Of a DNA stretch of 64,000 nucleotides, positions 12,972-25,920 are shown in pieces. The notes beneath the pieces are model-generated. The model did no database searches. It saw nothing but the letters and a program-made list of their open reading frames with translations, and was not told the DNA's origin. This DNA is from Leucoraja ocellata (taxonomy: Eukaryota). The DNA is taken from NCBI GenBank assembly GCA_036785375.1, contig JAWMAR010000116.1:2914001-2978000 (forward strand). Reading direction: 5' to 3'. The position numbers were made by a program, and so were the translations under genes. Numbering within the stretch: the stretch's first letter is position 1; every line of letters begins with the position of its first letter.

Positions 12972-13162
12972 AATTTCAGTTTAGTTTATTGTCACATGTA
13001 CTGATGTACAATGAAAAGTTGCATGTTCACCAGTCAGCGGAAAGACAATATATGAAAACGATCGAGTCATTTACAGTGTATAGATACACGATAATAGTAT
13101 AAAGTTTAGTGCTAGGTAAAGCCGGTAAAATCCGATCAAAGATAGTCCAAGGGTCACTAATT
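12972..13162 (-). mobile_element. Rex1/Babar 3' UTR fragment
   Basis: Homologous to 35885-36080 and 42440-42600. Confidence 0.7.
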
Positions 13163-13704
13163 TCTCCAACATTTGGTTTTGTGTTGGGTTGTATATGTGT
13201 AGAGGGGACATTGGACAATGAACAGGCATCTGTGGTATAAAGCTATTTTCTTTCATTGGAATAAAATACATTTAGTCACTGAGCAATCAAAATATTTTTG
13301 ATTTTTGAGTTATTTTTTTCCAATTTGGAAGATAAAGGAATAATGGTTCAAAGACACTGATCATTTTCTTGAGACTGATGTTCATATCAAAGCTTAACCC
13401 GAAATTATAACTTCATCTGTCAAAATATATTAATTAACATTTCAAACCAGCGTTCCCATCAATCAATGTTGCTAGCCTAATTGATCTCTGAACCTAAGAT
13501 ATTTCTCCATTTCCAGCATATTGACCATCTCCTGATATCCAATTTAAAACCTAATGAAGAGGCAGTGCCATGAATTTTGAATACTCTTCACTTTGCAGTT
13601 CCGCGGCTTATTCTTTCATTAAGCAGCATTTATCTTGTGAACCAGTCGTTATTGTTCAGTCTCTGGAATTGTTTAAGTCAACACAGCAAATGCAGAAGTA
13701 TTAG

Positions 13705-14097
13705 GACGGCACAGTGGCGCAACGGTAGAGTTGCTCCTTTACAGCGCCAGAGATCTGGGTTTGACCATGAGCGCTGTCTGTGTGGAGTTGGCACGTTCTC
13801 CCTGTGACCGTGTGGGTTTTCTCGGGTGCTCCGGTTTCCTCCCACATTCTAAATATGAGCAGGTTTGTAGGTTAATTGGCATCTGTCAATTGCCCTCAGT
13901 GTGTAGGAAATAGAACTAATGTATGGGTGATTAATGGTCGGTGGGCCAAAGGACCTTTTCCCATGCTGTACCTCTAAGCTAGGATTGAGTAAAAGTGCTA
14001 CGATTATCACCCGTAGGAGTGCGAGTGATCAATGGTCAATGTGGACTCAGTGGCCGAAGGCCCTGTTTCTACGCTGTATCTCCAAACTAAACTAAAG
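13705..14097 (+). mobile_element. HE1/V-SINE-like SINE plus second SINE 3' tail
   Basis: Family homology; two GGCC.AAGG tails. Confidence 0.85.
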
Positions 14098-14632
14098 TGA
14101 AGAAAAAACCCTGCAGATGCTGGAAATCAGAAAGGAAAACTGAAAATGTTGGAATACTCAGCAGTCAAGGCTTGCCTGAGGGGAGAGAGTCAGGGTTCAT
14201 TTCTCACTTCAGTGAGCTTCTGTCACAAGTGATGAATGGTACTTCGCAAGGGACTGACAACAGTCAATCATCTTTGGGAAACACCGCCTGCTGTGGATTT
14301 GCGAGGATTTGATTCTCACAAAAGGCAGGAAATGGCTTCATCATAATCTCACCATCGTTCACAACATTCCTTTACTTATGCAACCTAAATCACTGTACTT
14401 GCATCTTTTTCAGAAAAGATTTTGTGGTTAGTGGGAACACATTTTTTGGGGAATTCAGACATTTATGGTAGAGAAGGGAATAGAAGTTACACTAATACAT
14501 TTAGATGGGAAATGACAAGGAGAGGTTGGTCGGGAATATAAATGCTGGCCTAGGCTTAATCGGCGGCATTGTGAATGAAGCAGAAGTTTCAATGAAGGAT
14601 CAATGTTCAGTACTGTAAAACTCCAATAATCT

Positions 14633-14790
14633 ATTTAGTTTAGTTTAACGATACAGCATGGAACAGGCTCCTTTGGCCCACTGAGACCACCACGCTGACC
14701 ATCGATCACCATTCACACTAGTTCTATATTATCCCACTTTCTCATCTACTCTCTTACACATTAGTGGCAATTTTACAGAGGCCAATTAGT
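14633..14790 (-). mobile_element. SINE 3' fragment
   Basis: TTTAGTTTAG..GATACAGC..GCCAATTA. Confidence 0.7.
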
Positions 14791-15628
14791 GGAAATTTGT
14801 TATTTTTCCCAAGTTCACCTTAAACTCAACAGCAGTCCCATTTCACAGTTGTCTGAACTTACTGGCTTACTAGCCAATTGATTGTAAAATTGTGTAACAT
14901 TTAAAAAAATAGTAAATTCATAATATGATTAGGGGGGAAAACAATAGTCCAGAAAATCAGTCATTCCAACACCATCAAAGATCCAACTCTACCAGACTAT
15001 CAATGTTTTACAGTAGTTTGGATAACAACGTTATTTCCTTTTTTACTGTATTACTTGGCTACTATATTCTAGAAACAGATTTCTGCCTCGGTTACTTAAA
15101 TGCAAATTTCTAATAGGTTGCAGACACAATTGTTTTTTTCAGACTGAAGATTAAGAAAAATTTGCCAAGAAACTCCCTTAGCAGTTTCCTGTCAGTGGCA
15201 GATTCGCAAAACCCCCATCGATATGTAATTTTGGAATATTCTACTGGTTTATATTGAAAGATATGACAGCCACTCTTCAAACTGCCATCAATGATTTGAT
15301 TTAAATAAAACCAACCCATCTGCTGCAGCTGAAGCAGAATAGAAGTTGTGTAAAACACACGGTATCTGTGGCAAGATATACCCAAAATGCTGGAGTAACT
15401 CAGTGGGTCTGGCAGCATCTCCGGAGGGAAAAAAGGTGGTCACTGGGAAAATATGAAAACTCTACACAGACAGGACCAGAGGACAGGATTGAATCCAAGT
15501 CACAGGCACTGTGAGGTTGTAGCTCTGTCATCTGTACCTCGATGCTGTCACTGATGATATACTATAATGAGTCTGTGTTCTGCTGGTGAAACCTAAACCT
15601 AGCATCATTGGGATGCTTGAAAGACTAA

Positions 15629-15856
15629 TGCCCCTGTCCCACTTAGGAAACCTGAACGGAAACCTCTGGAGACTTTGTGCCCCACCCAAGGTTTCCGTGC
15701 GGGTTTCCCAGAGGTTTTTGTCAGTCTCCCTACCTGCTTCCACTACCTGCAACTTCCGGCAACCACCTGCAACCTCCGGGAACCGCACAGAAACCTTGGG
15801 TGGGGCGCAAAGTCTCCAGAGGTTTCCCTTCAGGTTTCCTAAGTGGGACAGGGGCA
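15629..15856. mobile_element. MITE, 228 bp, long near-perfect TIRs (Harbinger-like)
   Basis: TGCCCCTGTCCCACTTAGGAAACCTGAA..TTCAGGTTTCCTAAGTGGGACAGGGGCA; TAA/TTA flanks; second copy at 29864. Confidence 0.9.
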
Positions 15857-16011
15857 TTATAATAACATCTTCCATACTCTGCTTATGATGGAAGTAGATC
15901 TTCAGCCAGTGATGAGCTGGGTTGGATCCATCCTTCTTTAATTAGGCAGGACAAACCTGAGCAATTATTATGTATATACCAGTGTTGGAACTGAACTAGA
16001 ATAACCTGACT

Positions 16012-16260
16012 ATAAAATGCTGGAGCATCTCAGCGGGTCAGGCAGTATCTCTGGAGAATGTGGATAGGCAACGTTTCAGGTCTGAACCATTTCTTCTGAC
16101 TCAAGAACTGTCAAAAAACTCAAGAAGATTCAGTCTGAAGAGGGTTCTGACCGGAAACATTGCCTATCCATGTTCTCAAAGGATGCTGCCAGACTCACTA
16201 AGTTACCACAGCATTTTGATTCTATATTTGGTATGAAGCACCATCTGCAGTTCCTTGTTA
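16012..16260. mobile_element. Palindromic PLE terminal-repeat pair
   Basis: Minus arm 16012-16100, spacer, plus arm from AGTCTGAAGAGGGTTCTGACCGGAAAC. Confidence 0.8.
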
Positions 16261-16464
16261 TTAAAGAATTGCCTGACTAGTTTGTTCTGGAATTCAAGCC
16301 TTCAGTGATATAGAGGATCCCAATAGCTGATATCACAGCAAAATTAACATTGGGAAGTTCAAAAAACAGCGTCTTGCACATTAAAAATATCATTCTGGGC
16401 AAGATCCTGAAGGTTTTCTCCCCAGCAAGATTTGTGCTTTCAGGAAAAGAACATGAGGACTGAA

Positions 16465-16560
16465 GAAGAGTCTGAAGAAGGGTCCTGACCTGAAACGTTA
16501 CCCATCCTTTCTCTCCAGAAGTGCCGCCTGACCCACTGAGTTACTCCAGCATTTGAGTCT
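16465..16560 (+). mobile_element. Short PLE-derived hammerhead element with TSD
   Basis: CTGAAGAAGGGTCCTGACCTGAAACGTT from 16472; TSD AACATGAGGACTGAA / AACATAAGGACTAAA. Confidence 0.82.
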
Positions 16561-17949
16561 AACATAAGGACTAAAATGGCTTTTCTTCACCTAATTTCAC
16601 CACAATCAAATTGCCCTGTTAGGTAAAAAAAAATACCCCCCTCTATCAACACACAAATGAATGTTAATTAATTTACAGCCTGATCTACTTTAGACATTAA
16701 TTTGTTCTCGGGTTAAGGGCTAATTGAGTCAAGGAAAAAAATAGACTAAATTCAGAGCTCTTTTTTAAAATTGCTGATTTCCTGAGCAAACACAAATGAG
16801 AATTAAATCATGTTTGATTCTTGTAACAACACTTTGATTTGTTTAGCGTACAGCAGAGGCCGCGACACTGGCATGCTCAAAATCGACAAGCATAAAAATC
16901 AGTTCTGATTTACTGCTGTTTTTAATCACTAACTGAAGCCCTTTAAATTTACATAATTTAGAAATGATATCTACGCTTAGATGAGATTAATGGCTGTAAA
17001 CACAATGAACTGCTGATTATCTAATGTTCTCTGGATTAGTAAAACATAGTGATCAACTTCCTCCCCACATTTCAGTGAGAGGTCTTCATATACAAAAGTT
17101 GCTTTCATGTTTAGTGAGTAATTGCCCAGTGACGTTACTGAATTTCAAAAGAGTTTTATGCTTATTCCATAAATTTCATACACAAAATAGATAGATCCAA
17201 AGCCAAATGCATCATAGACTATGATTTACAAAAAACATTCCCAAAAGCATTGAAATCTTGTGTAACTGGGCATATTTCCCTGAGAACATTCTCTCTCTCT
17301 CGACTTCTGTCCAGTCCCTAAAGTTACCCTTGAGTGGTAGCATGTAGTGATCTGAATCCAGCTAATTTCAGGTCCCAGTTCATTAGAATGGAAATCTCAT
17401 GAGCTAAAAGCCATTAATTTATAAAACATTCAAATCCTAGTCTAAGATTATTTTTCCAGCTAACTGCCATTTTAAAAGGAAACTTGTTTTGTGCAAAAGA
17501 TCCTTGTAAACTCCATTAGTCTCCATTCATGCAGAGCCAGATTCCCCTGTGTAAAATTCCTGCAGGCTCATGTTGAACGCAGCAAGGGGACTTAGCTGGG
17601 GAATCACCAGCAAAGCTTTGCCAGTACATTCAGAAACACAATATACCATGTTGCAGTCCAAAGTTGCAATCCTCAAAATGAGAAATAACAGCTGTTCCAT
17701 GCAGAGCGGTTGGCAAAATCGAGCAAATTTGGGCTTTTATTATTTAAAAATGTGCCCAGTTTTGTAGAGGTTAGCTGAGGAACCTGAGGAACGCTCATAT
17801 ATAATATTAGTTTCATTAGAACAAGTGAGTTTGTTCAACGGTTACTGCGCCTCAGTAAACCGTGTCATAGATTGAAGTATATTTTCAACGGTAAAAGCTG
17901 CAAATGTCAGTAACACTTAGCATCTGTGGAGAGTTAACATTTCGGGCCT

Positions 17950-18270
17950 TTCTGTCCTGGGCTTCCTCCATTGTCAGAGTGAGGCCACACACAAATTGGG
18001 GGAACAGTCCCTCATATTTCGCTGGGGCAGCTTGCAACCTAACGGTATGAACATTGATTTTTCTCCAATTTCAAGCAACTCCTGCATTCCTTCCCCTATG
18101 AACCTACAAACCCACTTTGGAGTGTGGGAAGAGAACCAGAGCACCCGATGAGAACCCATGCAGTCACAGGGAGAATGTGCAAACTCCGTACAGACAGTAC
18201 CCATAGCCAGGATTGAACCTGGGTCTCAGGCGCTGCGAGGCAGCAACTCTACTGCACCACTGTGCCGCTT
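17950..18270. mobile_element. PLE GIY-YIG 3' remnant (+) abutting a SINE 5' half (-)
   Basis: CTCCATTGTCAGAGTGAGGC..AAATTGG matches 2535-2640; SINE 18100-18270. Confidence 0.75.
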
Positions 18271-18739
18271 AGTATCTGTCATTTCTGTAAATGAAAATGG
18301 CTGGAGGATTGGCTTTCGTGTCAATTAGTCTAACGGAAAGTAATTCAGCGTGAGTATCTCAGGTATTTTTAACATGCTTGATGTAAATCCAAGTTCAAAG
18401 TTAAAAGAAAAGTCTTAAAGCCTAAACATTGGATTGTATGGCCCTAGTATTATCAGCAGTGCAGAAATGAAACTAATGTAGCCCGGAGCAAATTGGATTA
18501 TCAATCATTTCTATATGAAATCACATCAACAGTGAAACGGACAATGTTCCCAGTGGTTGGAGGGTCCAGAACCTGCAGAGTATGGGAGATGCCATTTAGA
18601 ATTCAGATCATGACACATTTCTTCACCCAGACGGTAATTAACCTGTGGAACCCCCTATCAAAATTGGCCAAGTCATTAATTACATTTAAGGAGTAGATAT
18701 ACTTCTTAGTGTTAAAGGGATCTAGGCATTTCATGAGAA

Positions 18740-19275
18740 ACCCGCAAACCTGTATGCCTTTGAAATGTGAAAAGAAACCAGAGCACCGGGAGGAAATCCA
18801 TACTGTCACTGGGAAAGTGTGCAAACTCCACACAGACAGCACTCGAGGCCAGGATCAATCCCAAGTATTGGGGCTCTGTGAGGCAGCAACTCCACCACTG
18901 TGCCACTGTGCTGTCCAAAAGCCTTTCTAGTTTATCACATAGAGACTTGATCCATGGTGCAAAATAGGTTTTTTTTAGTTTTAGAGATACAGAGCGGAAA
19001 CAGGCCCTTCAGCCCACCGGGTTTGCACCGGCCAGCGATCCCTGCACATTAACACTATCCTACACGTACTAGGGACAATTTACACTTGTACCAAGCCAAT
19101 TAACCAAAAACCTGTATGTCTTTGGAGTGGGAGAGGAAACCTAAAATCTCGAAGAAAACCTACGCGGTCACGAGGAGAACATACACACTCCGTATAGACA
19201 GCACCCGTAGTCAGAATGGAACCCAGGTCTCTGGCACTGCAAGTGCTGTAAGACAGCAACACTACCACTGCGGCA
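18740..19275 (-). mobile_element. Two HE1/V-SINE-like SINEs (18740-18912 partial, 18972-19275 full)
   Basis: Family homology. Confidence 0.85.
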
Positions 19276-19603
19276 TCATATCGCCTGCTCGGTGTGAAGT
19301 AAAACTGTCTAGATGAGAAGGGTAGTGTGAGAAAATGGCAAAGTGCTGGAGGGGTTGGAAGGGATGGGCTTGGTGGGTACATGTGTGTGTGCGTCTGTGC
19401 ATACCTACACATACTGTATGCATAAATAAGTGTCCAGTGTAAAGAATTGCTGTAGAAATCACCATGACAAATCCAGCTGTGACAATATTGTTTCCATTAC
19501 ATTAGTTCTCTCTCTTACCAAGTAAGACATTCATGACCACATCAATCTTTCAGAGAAACTTGGTGCTATTACCCTGTCATCTCCAGCCTCTCTTTCTTCC
19601 ATG

Positions 19604-19832
19604 TGTAAGAAGGAACTGGTGATGCCGGGTTATACCAAAAATAGACATAAAAAGCTGGAGTTACTCAGCGGGTCAGGCAGTATTAAAAAAGATTTAAGTA
19701 ATGTTTCTAGCTGGAACCCTTCTTCAGACCCTGAAGAGTCTGAAGAAGGATCATGACCCGAAACATCACCTATTCCTTTACTCTTGAGATGCTGCCCGTC
19801 CTGCTGAGTTACTCCAGCATTTTGTGTCTCTC
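19604..19832. mobile_element. Palindromic PLE terminal-repeat pair
   Basis: ..CCCTTCTTCAGAC / GTCTGAAGAAGGATCATGACCCGAAACATC.. Confidence 0.8.
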
Positions 19833-20856
19833 TTTCCTCCATGGTTGGCTGCGGTGGGAATGTGCTTTTATGAGCAGGTGTCATTCTCTGATTGCTGTAC
19901 AACAACGCATCAGAACTGCAATAAACTGGAAGTGCCCACACACACCGCAACTTAGATATCTCAATGGGAACCAGTTTCACAACAGTTGTTTTGAGAGACA
20001 CAGTTTGCTGCTCACTCTACACAACATTGATTCAACACATTAGGAAAAATGAATCCAATTTCTAAGAAAAAATCAGTAAGGAATTCCGATAATCTCATAC
20101 TTAACCTAATTCTGCAAAATTTAAAAAAAGCTACTAAATTGTAAAATCAACATATCTTGCTTTTTCTGTGCAGTGTTGTGAAGCAGTTTGGAATTATCAA
20201 TACTTCAAATTTTTTATAATATTTACCCATTGTGAACCATAACTGGCCGATCCTTATTTTTTTTAACATTAAAATTAACAGGTGAGGTGGAATTGAGCAC
20301 AGCTTGTGACTGTGCAGAGAATGTCAAGCTATTTATTTCCCGCGGCTAATCTGGTCCTAAAAGATTTGCTACATTTGACACTGGTGCATTTGTGGCACTT
20401 TATTCATTCTCCTTGCTGTTTATTTACTGAATTTCAATGTCCAATAGATCCATGTAGTTTATCTATTTTCTGCCTGTTTTGATGCAAGCTGACATCCTAA
20501 AAGTAATAGTAATTCAGAAAAGCTGCCCGGGCAAGTGATCAATCAGCATACCGAGTATGTGAATCCATATCCAGCCAATAAATCAACTAGGTCCCTTTCC
20601 AACTCTGGATTTGAGTCCACATACCCAGCTAATAGACCCGAAGATCGTGCCACAAACTTCTGAGAGAAAGGGATCTATCGTACAATCTTTGGCATGGGTT
20701 AAGTCCCCCATGTGTAAATTCCAGAATTTCACAATGCCTTCCCTTTGCTTTGTTGTTGCATTTTTGGAAATAGATACACAAAGTGCACTCTGGCCAAATG
20801 ACTATCGGCACTGGCCAGTACACTCACCAGTACAAAATGTGCGAGGAAGACACACA

Positions 20857-21208
20857 CATAGGTCATAAGTGATAGGAGTAGAATTAGGCCATTCTGCCCA
20901 TCAAGTCTACTCCACCATGCAATCATGGCTGGTCTATCTCTCCCTCCTAACCCCATTCTCCTGCCTTCTCCCCATAACCTCTGACCCCCGTACTAATCAA
21001 GAATCGATCTATCTGCCTTAAATATATCCACTAATGGCCTCCACAGCCTTCTATGGCAAATAATTCCACAGATTCACCACCCTCTGACTCAAGAAATTCC
21101 TCCTCATTACCTTCCTAAAAAATCGTCCTTTCATTCTGAGACTATGACCTCTAGTTCTAGATTCTCCCACTAGTGGAAACATCCTCTCCACATCCACTCT
21201 ATCCAAGC
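20857..21208 (-). mobile_element. CR1 3' fragment
   Basis: DRVDVERMFPLVGESRTRGHSL..QRVVNLWN. Confidence 0.88.
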
Positions 21209-21825
21209 TTGCAAACTGTAAGGCTAAGTTTGGCTCTGTTATGGATGTTTCCAAAGCTGAAGAAAGATGCCACTTTTTCACAGATCAATGTTATTCCCAC
21301 ATTAACACCAAACATTTTTGTACCAGATTTCTGGCCTCATTATTAAAATAATAGAAAGAAAAACTCAGGATAATCAAATCAGTGTTGGATTTGTGCTGAT
21401 TGTAAATGTTGCTCTCATATGTCATGACTCAAATGAAAATAATACAAAGATGTAGCGTGTAGTTTCTTGTCAGGACATATCGGGCCTGCATTCTGCATCG
21501 TTAGAACAATGGGAAAGGCTTTCTGCCGTGCATTATCAATACCACCTGACTTTTGGATGTTGCTGCCTGGCCTCAGACAGAATGTTATGCACTCTGTCTT
21601 AATCCGAGACAGGACTGTGATAATTCCTGCACATTTTGATTTTATGCTTTAAAGATGGTGCACCAACCAGTGTTTTGCTTCTGTAGCTGCTGAACTTTGT
21701 CCTCATCGCAATGAGGCTGCAGCAAGAAGAACATATATGGTGTCGGCGTGTAGCAATGTAATAATAATACGGCATCCATTTTTCCAGTCGTACCTCAAAA
21801 GCAATACTCATTTCATCAAATGAAC

Positions 21826-21965
21826 AGTCTGAAGAACAATCAAAAGGTCAGTCTGAAGCAGGGTCATCCATTCCTTCTCTCCAGAGCTGTTGGCTGACCC
21901 GCCAATTCACTCCAGCATTTTGTGTCAATATACAGTGTATACCAACGTCTGCAGTTCGTTCCTTC
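21826..21965 (+). mobile_element. PLE terminal-repeat fragment, ribozyme stem deleted
   Basis: CAGTCTGAAG..CCATTCCTTCTCTCCAGAG..CTGCAGTTC. Confidence 0.7.
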
Positions 21966-22114
21966 ACCAATTAACTGAGTATTGTTTTTGAGATATGACT
22001 GGGAAATAGATGTAATACTATTATTAATTTATAATGACTTGAGTGTATCCACCTGTAATCAGTTATGATGTTGTGCAGAATACTATGAAAAGTATCCCAG
22101 GTGAAGAGCTTTGC

Positions 22115-22680
22115 ACAGAAGGAATTATATAATGCTGGTTTATACCAAGGATAGACACAAATTGCTGGAGTGATTCAGCTGGTTACGCAGTATCTCTGGA
22201 GGAAAAGGATAGGTGACATTTCGGGTTGAGACTCTTCTTCAGACTGGAAGTAGGGACTGGATGAAGAGCTGGAGGCAAGAAAAGACCAGGAGCAAACAGG
22301 GCCGGTAACAAATGACCTCAGGCAGGGAGGGGTGGCCTGGAAGGCCCTATTGGTGGCTAGGGAAGGTGTGATCTCAAGAGGGATACAATGTGGTGAACTA
22401 TGGAACTGGTTAAATGACTAGGGTGGAGGAAGGGGACAAGGGGGGGAGTGGAGGGGAGTGTTAGTAGAAGTTACTTAAAATTAGAGAATTCAACGTTCAT
22501 GCCACTGGGTTGCAAGCTACCCAAGCAACATATGAGGTGCTGTTCCTCCAATTTGTGTGTGGCCCCTCTCTGGCAATGTAGGAAGCCCAAGACCGAAAGG
22601 TCAGTGCGGGAATGGGAAGGGGGGAGTTGAAATTGTTGGCAACCGGGAGATTCAATAGGCCTCGGCAGACCGAGCGGTCT
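22115..22680 (-). mobile_element. PLE 3' fragment (GIY-YIG end plus terminal repeat with hammerhead motif)
   Basis: Reverse complement of CTGAAGAAGAGTCTCAACCCGAAATGTCACC at about 22212-22243; endonuclease end at 22470-22680. Confidence 0.82.
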
Positions 22681-22734
22681 GAATTTTATTTAAACTGTTC
22701 ACTTAATCGTGACCAAAACACCTTTGGCCTTAAA

Positions 22735-22950
22735 TTTAGAACTTAGAACATTGAACAATAGACCTACAGGAACAGGCCCTTCAGCCCACAATGTCCGTGC
22801 TGAACATGATGCCAAGTTAAACTAATCTCCTCGGCCTGCACATGATCCAAATCCCTCCATTGCCTGTCTATCCCTGTGCCTACCTAAAAATCTAAATACC
22901 GCTAATGTATCTGCCTCCACCACCATCTATGGCAACGTGTTCCAGATACC
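22735..22950 (-). mobile_element. CR1 3' fragment
   Basis: ACAGGCCCTTCAGCCC tail; homologous to 50625-50830. Confidence 0.7.
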
Positions 22951-23477
22951 CAGCGAGCTTTTAGGTCCTTTGTACTTTGGATTTAGCTATTTATTTTGTC
23001 ATTAGGTTTAACCAGGCTTACTATTGTGTTAACCCAGTATGAAATACTGAGAAATAATTACCACAAAATAACAATATTAATAATTCAAGCACTGGTAACC
23101 CCAGTCAAATGAATAAGGTTGCAGTTCATATGCCGATCACTGAGGGGCCAGATGTGAAGTGCACCTGGTCCACTTTGTTCAGTGGTGAATCCAGCAATGG
23201 AGTGAACATTTCGAATGATCCTCCCAGGTTATTTTGTACTTCCACATTAGGTTGAGCAAGGATAGAACTCTTAAATAAACTAATTTAAAAAACTGCCAGA
23301 GAAACTCAGCAGCTCAGGTAGCATCTGTGGAGGGATATGAATAGACAATATGGATGCTGCCTGACCTGCTGAGTTTCTCCAGCAATTTGCTTCTCACTCA
23401 AATGTCCCAGCATCTGCAATCTCTGGTATCTCCATCTCCAACAAACTAACCTGGAAATAGCTGAAAATTAACTTTTG

Positions 23478-23793
23478 TTTAGTTTAGTTCAGTTTAGAGA
23501 TACAGCGTAGAAACAGGCCCTTCGGCCCACCGAGTCCACACCGACCAGTGATCTCATACACTATCTCAGCACTATCGTGCAGACTGGGGACAATTTACAA
23601 TTACTGAAGCCAAATTAACCTACAAACCTGCATGTCTTTGGAGTGCGGGACAAAACTGGAGGTCCCCGGAGAAAACCCACGTGGTCACAGGGAGAATGTA
23701 CACACTCCTTACAGACAGCATCTGTAATCAGGATCAAACCTGGGTCTCTGGTGCTGTAAGGCTTAGAAACTACCGCTGTGTCATTGTGCCGCA
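23478..23793 (-). mobile_element. HE1/V-SINE-like SINE
   Basis: Family homology. Confidence 0.9.
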
Positions 23794-24944
23794 CCTATCC
23801 TTCAGATTGTCTTTTAATAGGTCAGCCTGTTAAAACATCCAAAACTACTTATGTTTTCCTTTGTGATCAAGACTGGAAAATAACTGCGACAAACTAATTG
23901 CCGGCGGACTGCCATGTTGCTTCATTCAGAAGTCTCACCATTTCCCCCCGGACCACTACTACGCTCATCCACCCCATCTTTCAGCACCTCTACAGGTAAA
24001 CTACAGCTTTAGTCAGGGCTGCAAAACATAACCTTCAATAGAACTTTCTTTAAGAATACGAAATTCTACAGATAGAGCAAATAAATGTATTGTCATTTTA
24101 AAGTGCCGAGTCACCATGGTTGCATTTTGTCAGTGCACTTGGTGCTAGTACTATGACCTGTACACAGGAGTGATGTATAGACACAGCGTGTCACTGAAGG
24201 TATTGGATGCAATCCCAATGGATATAATGAAAACCTTATTAATCAACGTCTTACTGTGAGGCAAATGAACCTGGTTCATTAATAATGAAAATTCCAATCC
24301 TGGATGATGTGTCGTTGGATCCTGATAGATATTGTGTTTGGAAATTTTTCAAACTGTCAAGTGGTGCATCTATCTCTCAAAGATTAGCTATGCAGTTTAT
24401 AAAATTTACCCACACCCTTCCATTGTTAAGGTAATTCAAACTGTATTAAATACTGTTATTGATGTCTTTAGCAACAAACCTGTAAGGCAAATATAACCGA
24501 GTAGGAAGCAGTCAACCTTGAAGGTAATTTAGGAGTGGCATTTGTGATCATAAAAAGAGCAGGATATATCAAATGGATCACATTTCTAAAATAACACTAA
24601 TGATTCTCATCTGCGTATGAGACTCGAAGCTACCATGCAGAATTCTGATAGATAATAGCAATTATGCACATAGAAAGCCAAAGAATCATAAAGACATACC
24701 ATTCAATACGTTAGGCGAGAAACAATATTCACATTCCTTTCTGCTAAATTCATACATCAAAAAAGTATACATCATACATCTAAATTCATCCTCCTTATTG
24801 CATTTGGGTGTGCCAACTGTTTTTTTTTGAGATCATGACAAAACATTGGACCTGAAATGGTTGTATTTGCATATTTGGAGACAAAGTTTCTTTTGTTAAG
24901 TGAAACAGGTTGAACTTTGAATTTGCTCAGTAATATTCCCACCG

Positions 24945-25190
24945 CCTTGTGCAAGTGGTGACGTACACACTAAGGTTCCACAAGCTCGCTTTCTTTAGCA
25001 GGAGACTACGGAGCCTGGCCAATATGGTAGAAAGACTAGGCCGCCTCTCGTCCCACCTATCCAGCCACATCATCAAGTGTACCCTGCCTCTCAATGGCAG
25101 AATCCGAAGATCTCACGTTAGTCTCATCGGCCAACTTAGAACGCACAGAACTGGAATGGAAGCGAATCAAAATATACCCCGTGGGTCTAT
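24945..25190 (+). mobile_element. Degenerate RTE LINE 3' end
   Basis: GRIRRSHVSLIGQLRTH resembles the C-terminal CxxC..SxIGLxSHxRTH motif of RTE ORFs. Confidence 0.55.
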
Positions 25191-25194
25191 GTTA

Positions 25195-25790
25195 AAGAAG
25201 GAGTGGGATTGTATGAAAGAGGAGAGATAGAAAGCGAGTGACTGAAACAGAGAGAGGCGATGGAGGGAGAGATAGAAAGCAAGAGGAGTGGTAAGAAAGA
25301 GAAGAGAGTGAGTGAGAAAATGGAAAATGTGAAAGAGGGGCAAATAAAAAATATTGAGAGCGTAAAATGGGGGAGGGAGGGAGAGAGAGAGGGTGTTTAA
25401 GAGAGGACTGCAAGTGTGTGTAAGAGCGTGAACGTGAGTGCGCAAGGGAGTGAGTATGTGAGAAAGAGGAAGAGACGGTGTGTGCGAAATTGTGCATGTG
25501 AGCATGTGTAAAAGTGTGCGAGTGTGCACGAGAGAGTGAAGGTGAGATTATGTAAGTGTGTGAGAGAGGGTGAGTGTGAGAAGGTGTGTGTGAGATGGAG
25601 TGGTTGTGTAAGAGAGTGTGTGTATGAGTGTCTGTGTGAGAGAGAGCATGCATGGGAGAGAGTGTTGGGTGTGTGGGAAAGTGTGCATGAGGTGGATTGA
25701 GCGTGTAAGAGATACTGGCTGTGTATGAGAGAGTGTCTGTCTATGAGAGATTGTCTGTGTATGAGAGAGAGCGTGCATGTGTGAGAGTGT
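25195..25790. repeat. GA/GT-rich low-complexity tract
   Basis: Degenerate (GA)n/(GT)n. Confidence 0.9.
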
Positions 25791-25920
25791 GTAGGAAAAA
25801 AACGTCAGATGCTGGTTTAAACTGAAAATAGACACAAAAGACTGGGGTAACTCAGCGGGTCAGACAGCAACACTGGAGAAAAGGTATAGGTGACGTTTTG
25901 GGTCGAGACCCTTTTACAGA
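25790..25920 (-). mobile_element. PLE terminal-repeat fragment
   Basis: GATGCTGGTTTAAAC..GGTGACGTTTTGGGTCGAGACCC. Confidence 0.8.

Noticed and set aside
15528-15888. Mirror ORFs on both strands
   Set aside because: Consequence of the MITE palindrome
25167-25835. His/Thr/Leu-rich ORFs
   Set aside because: Translation of GA/GT low-complexity DNA
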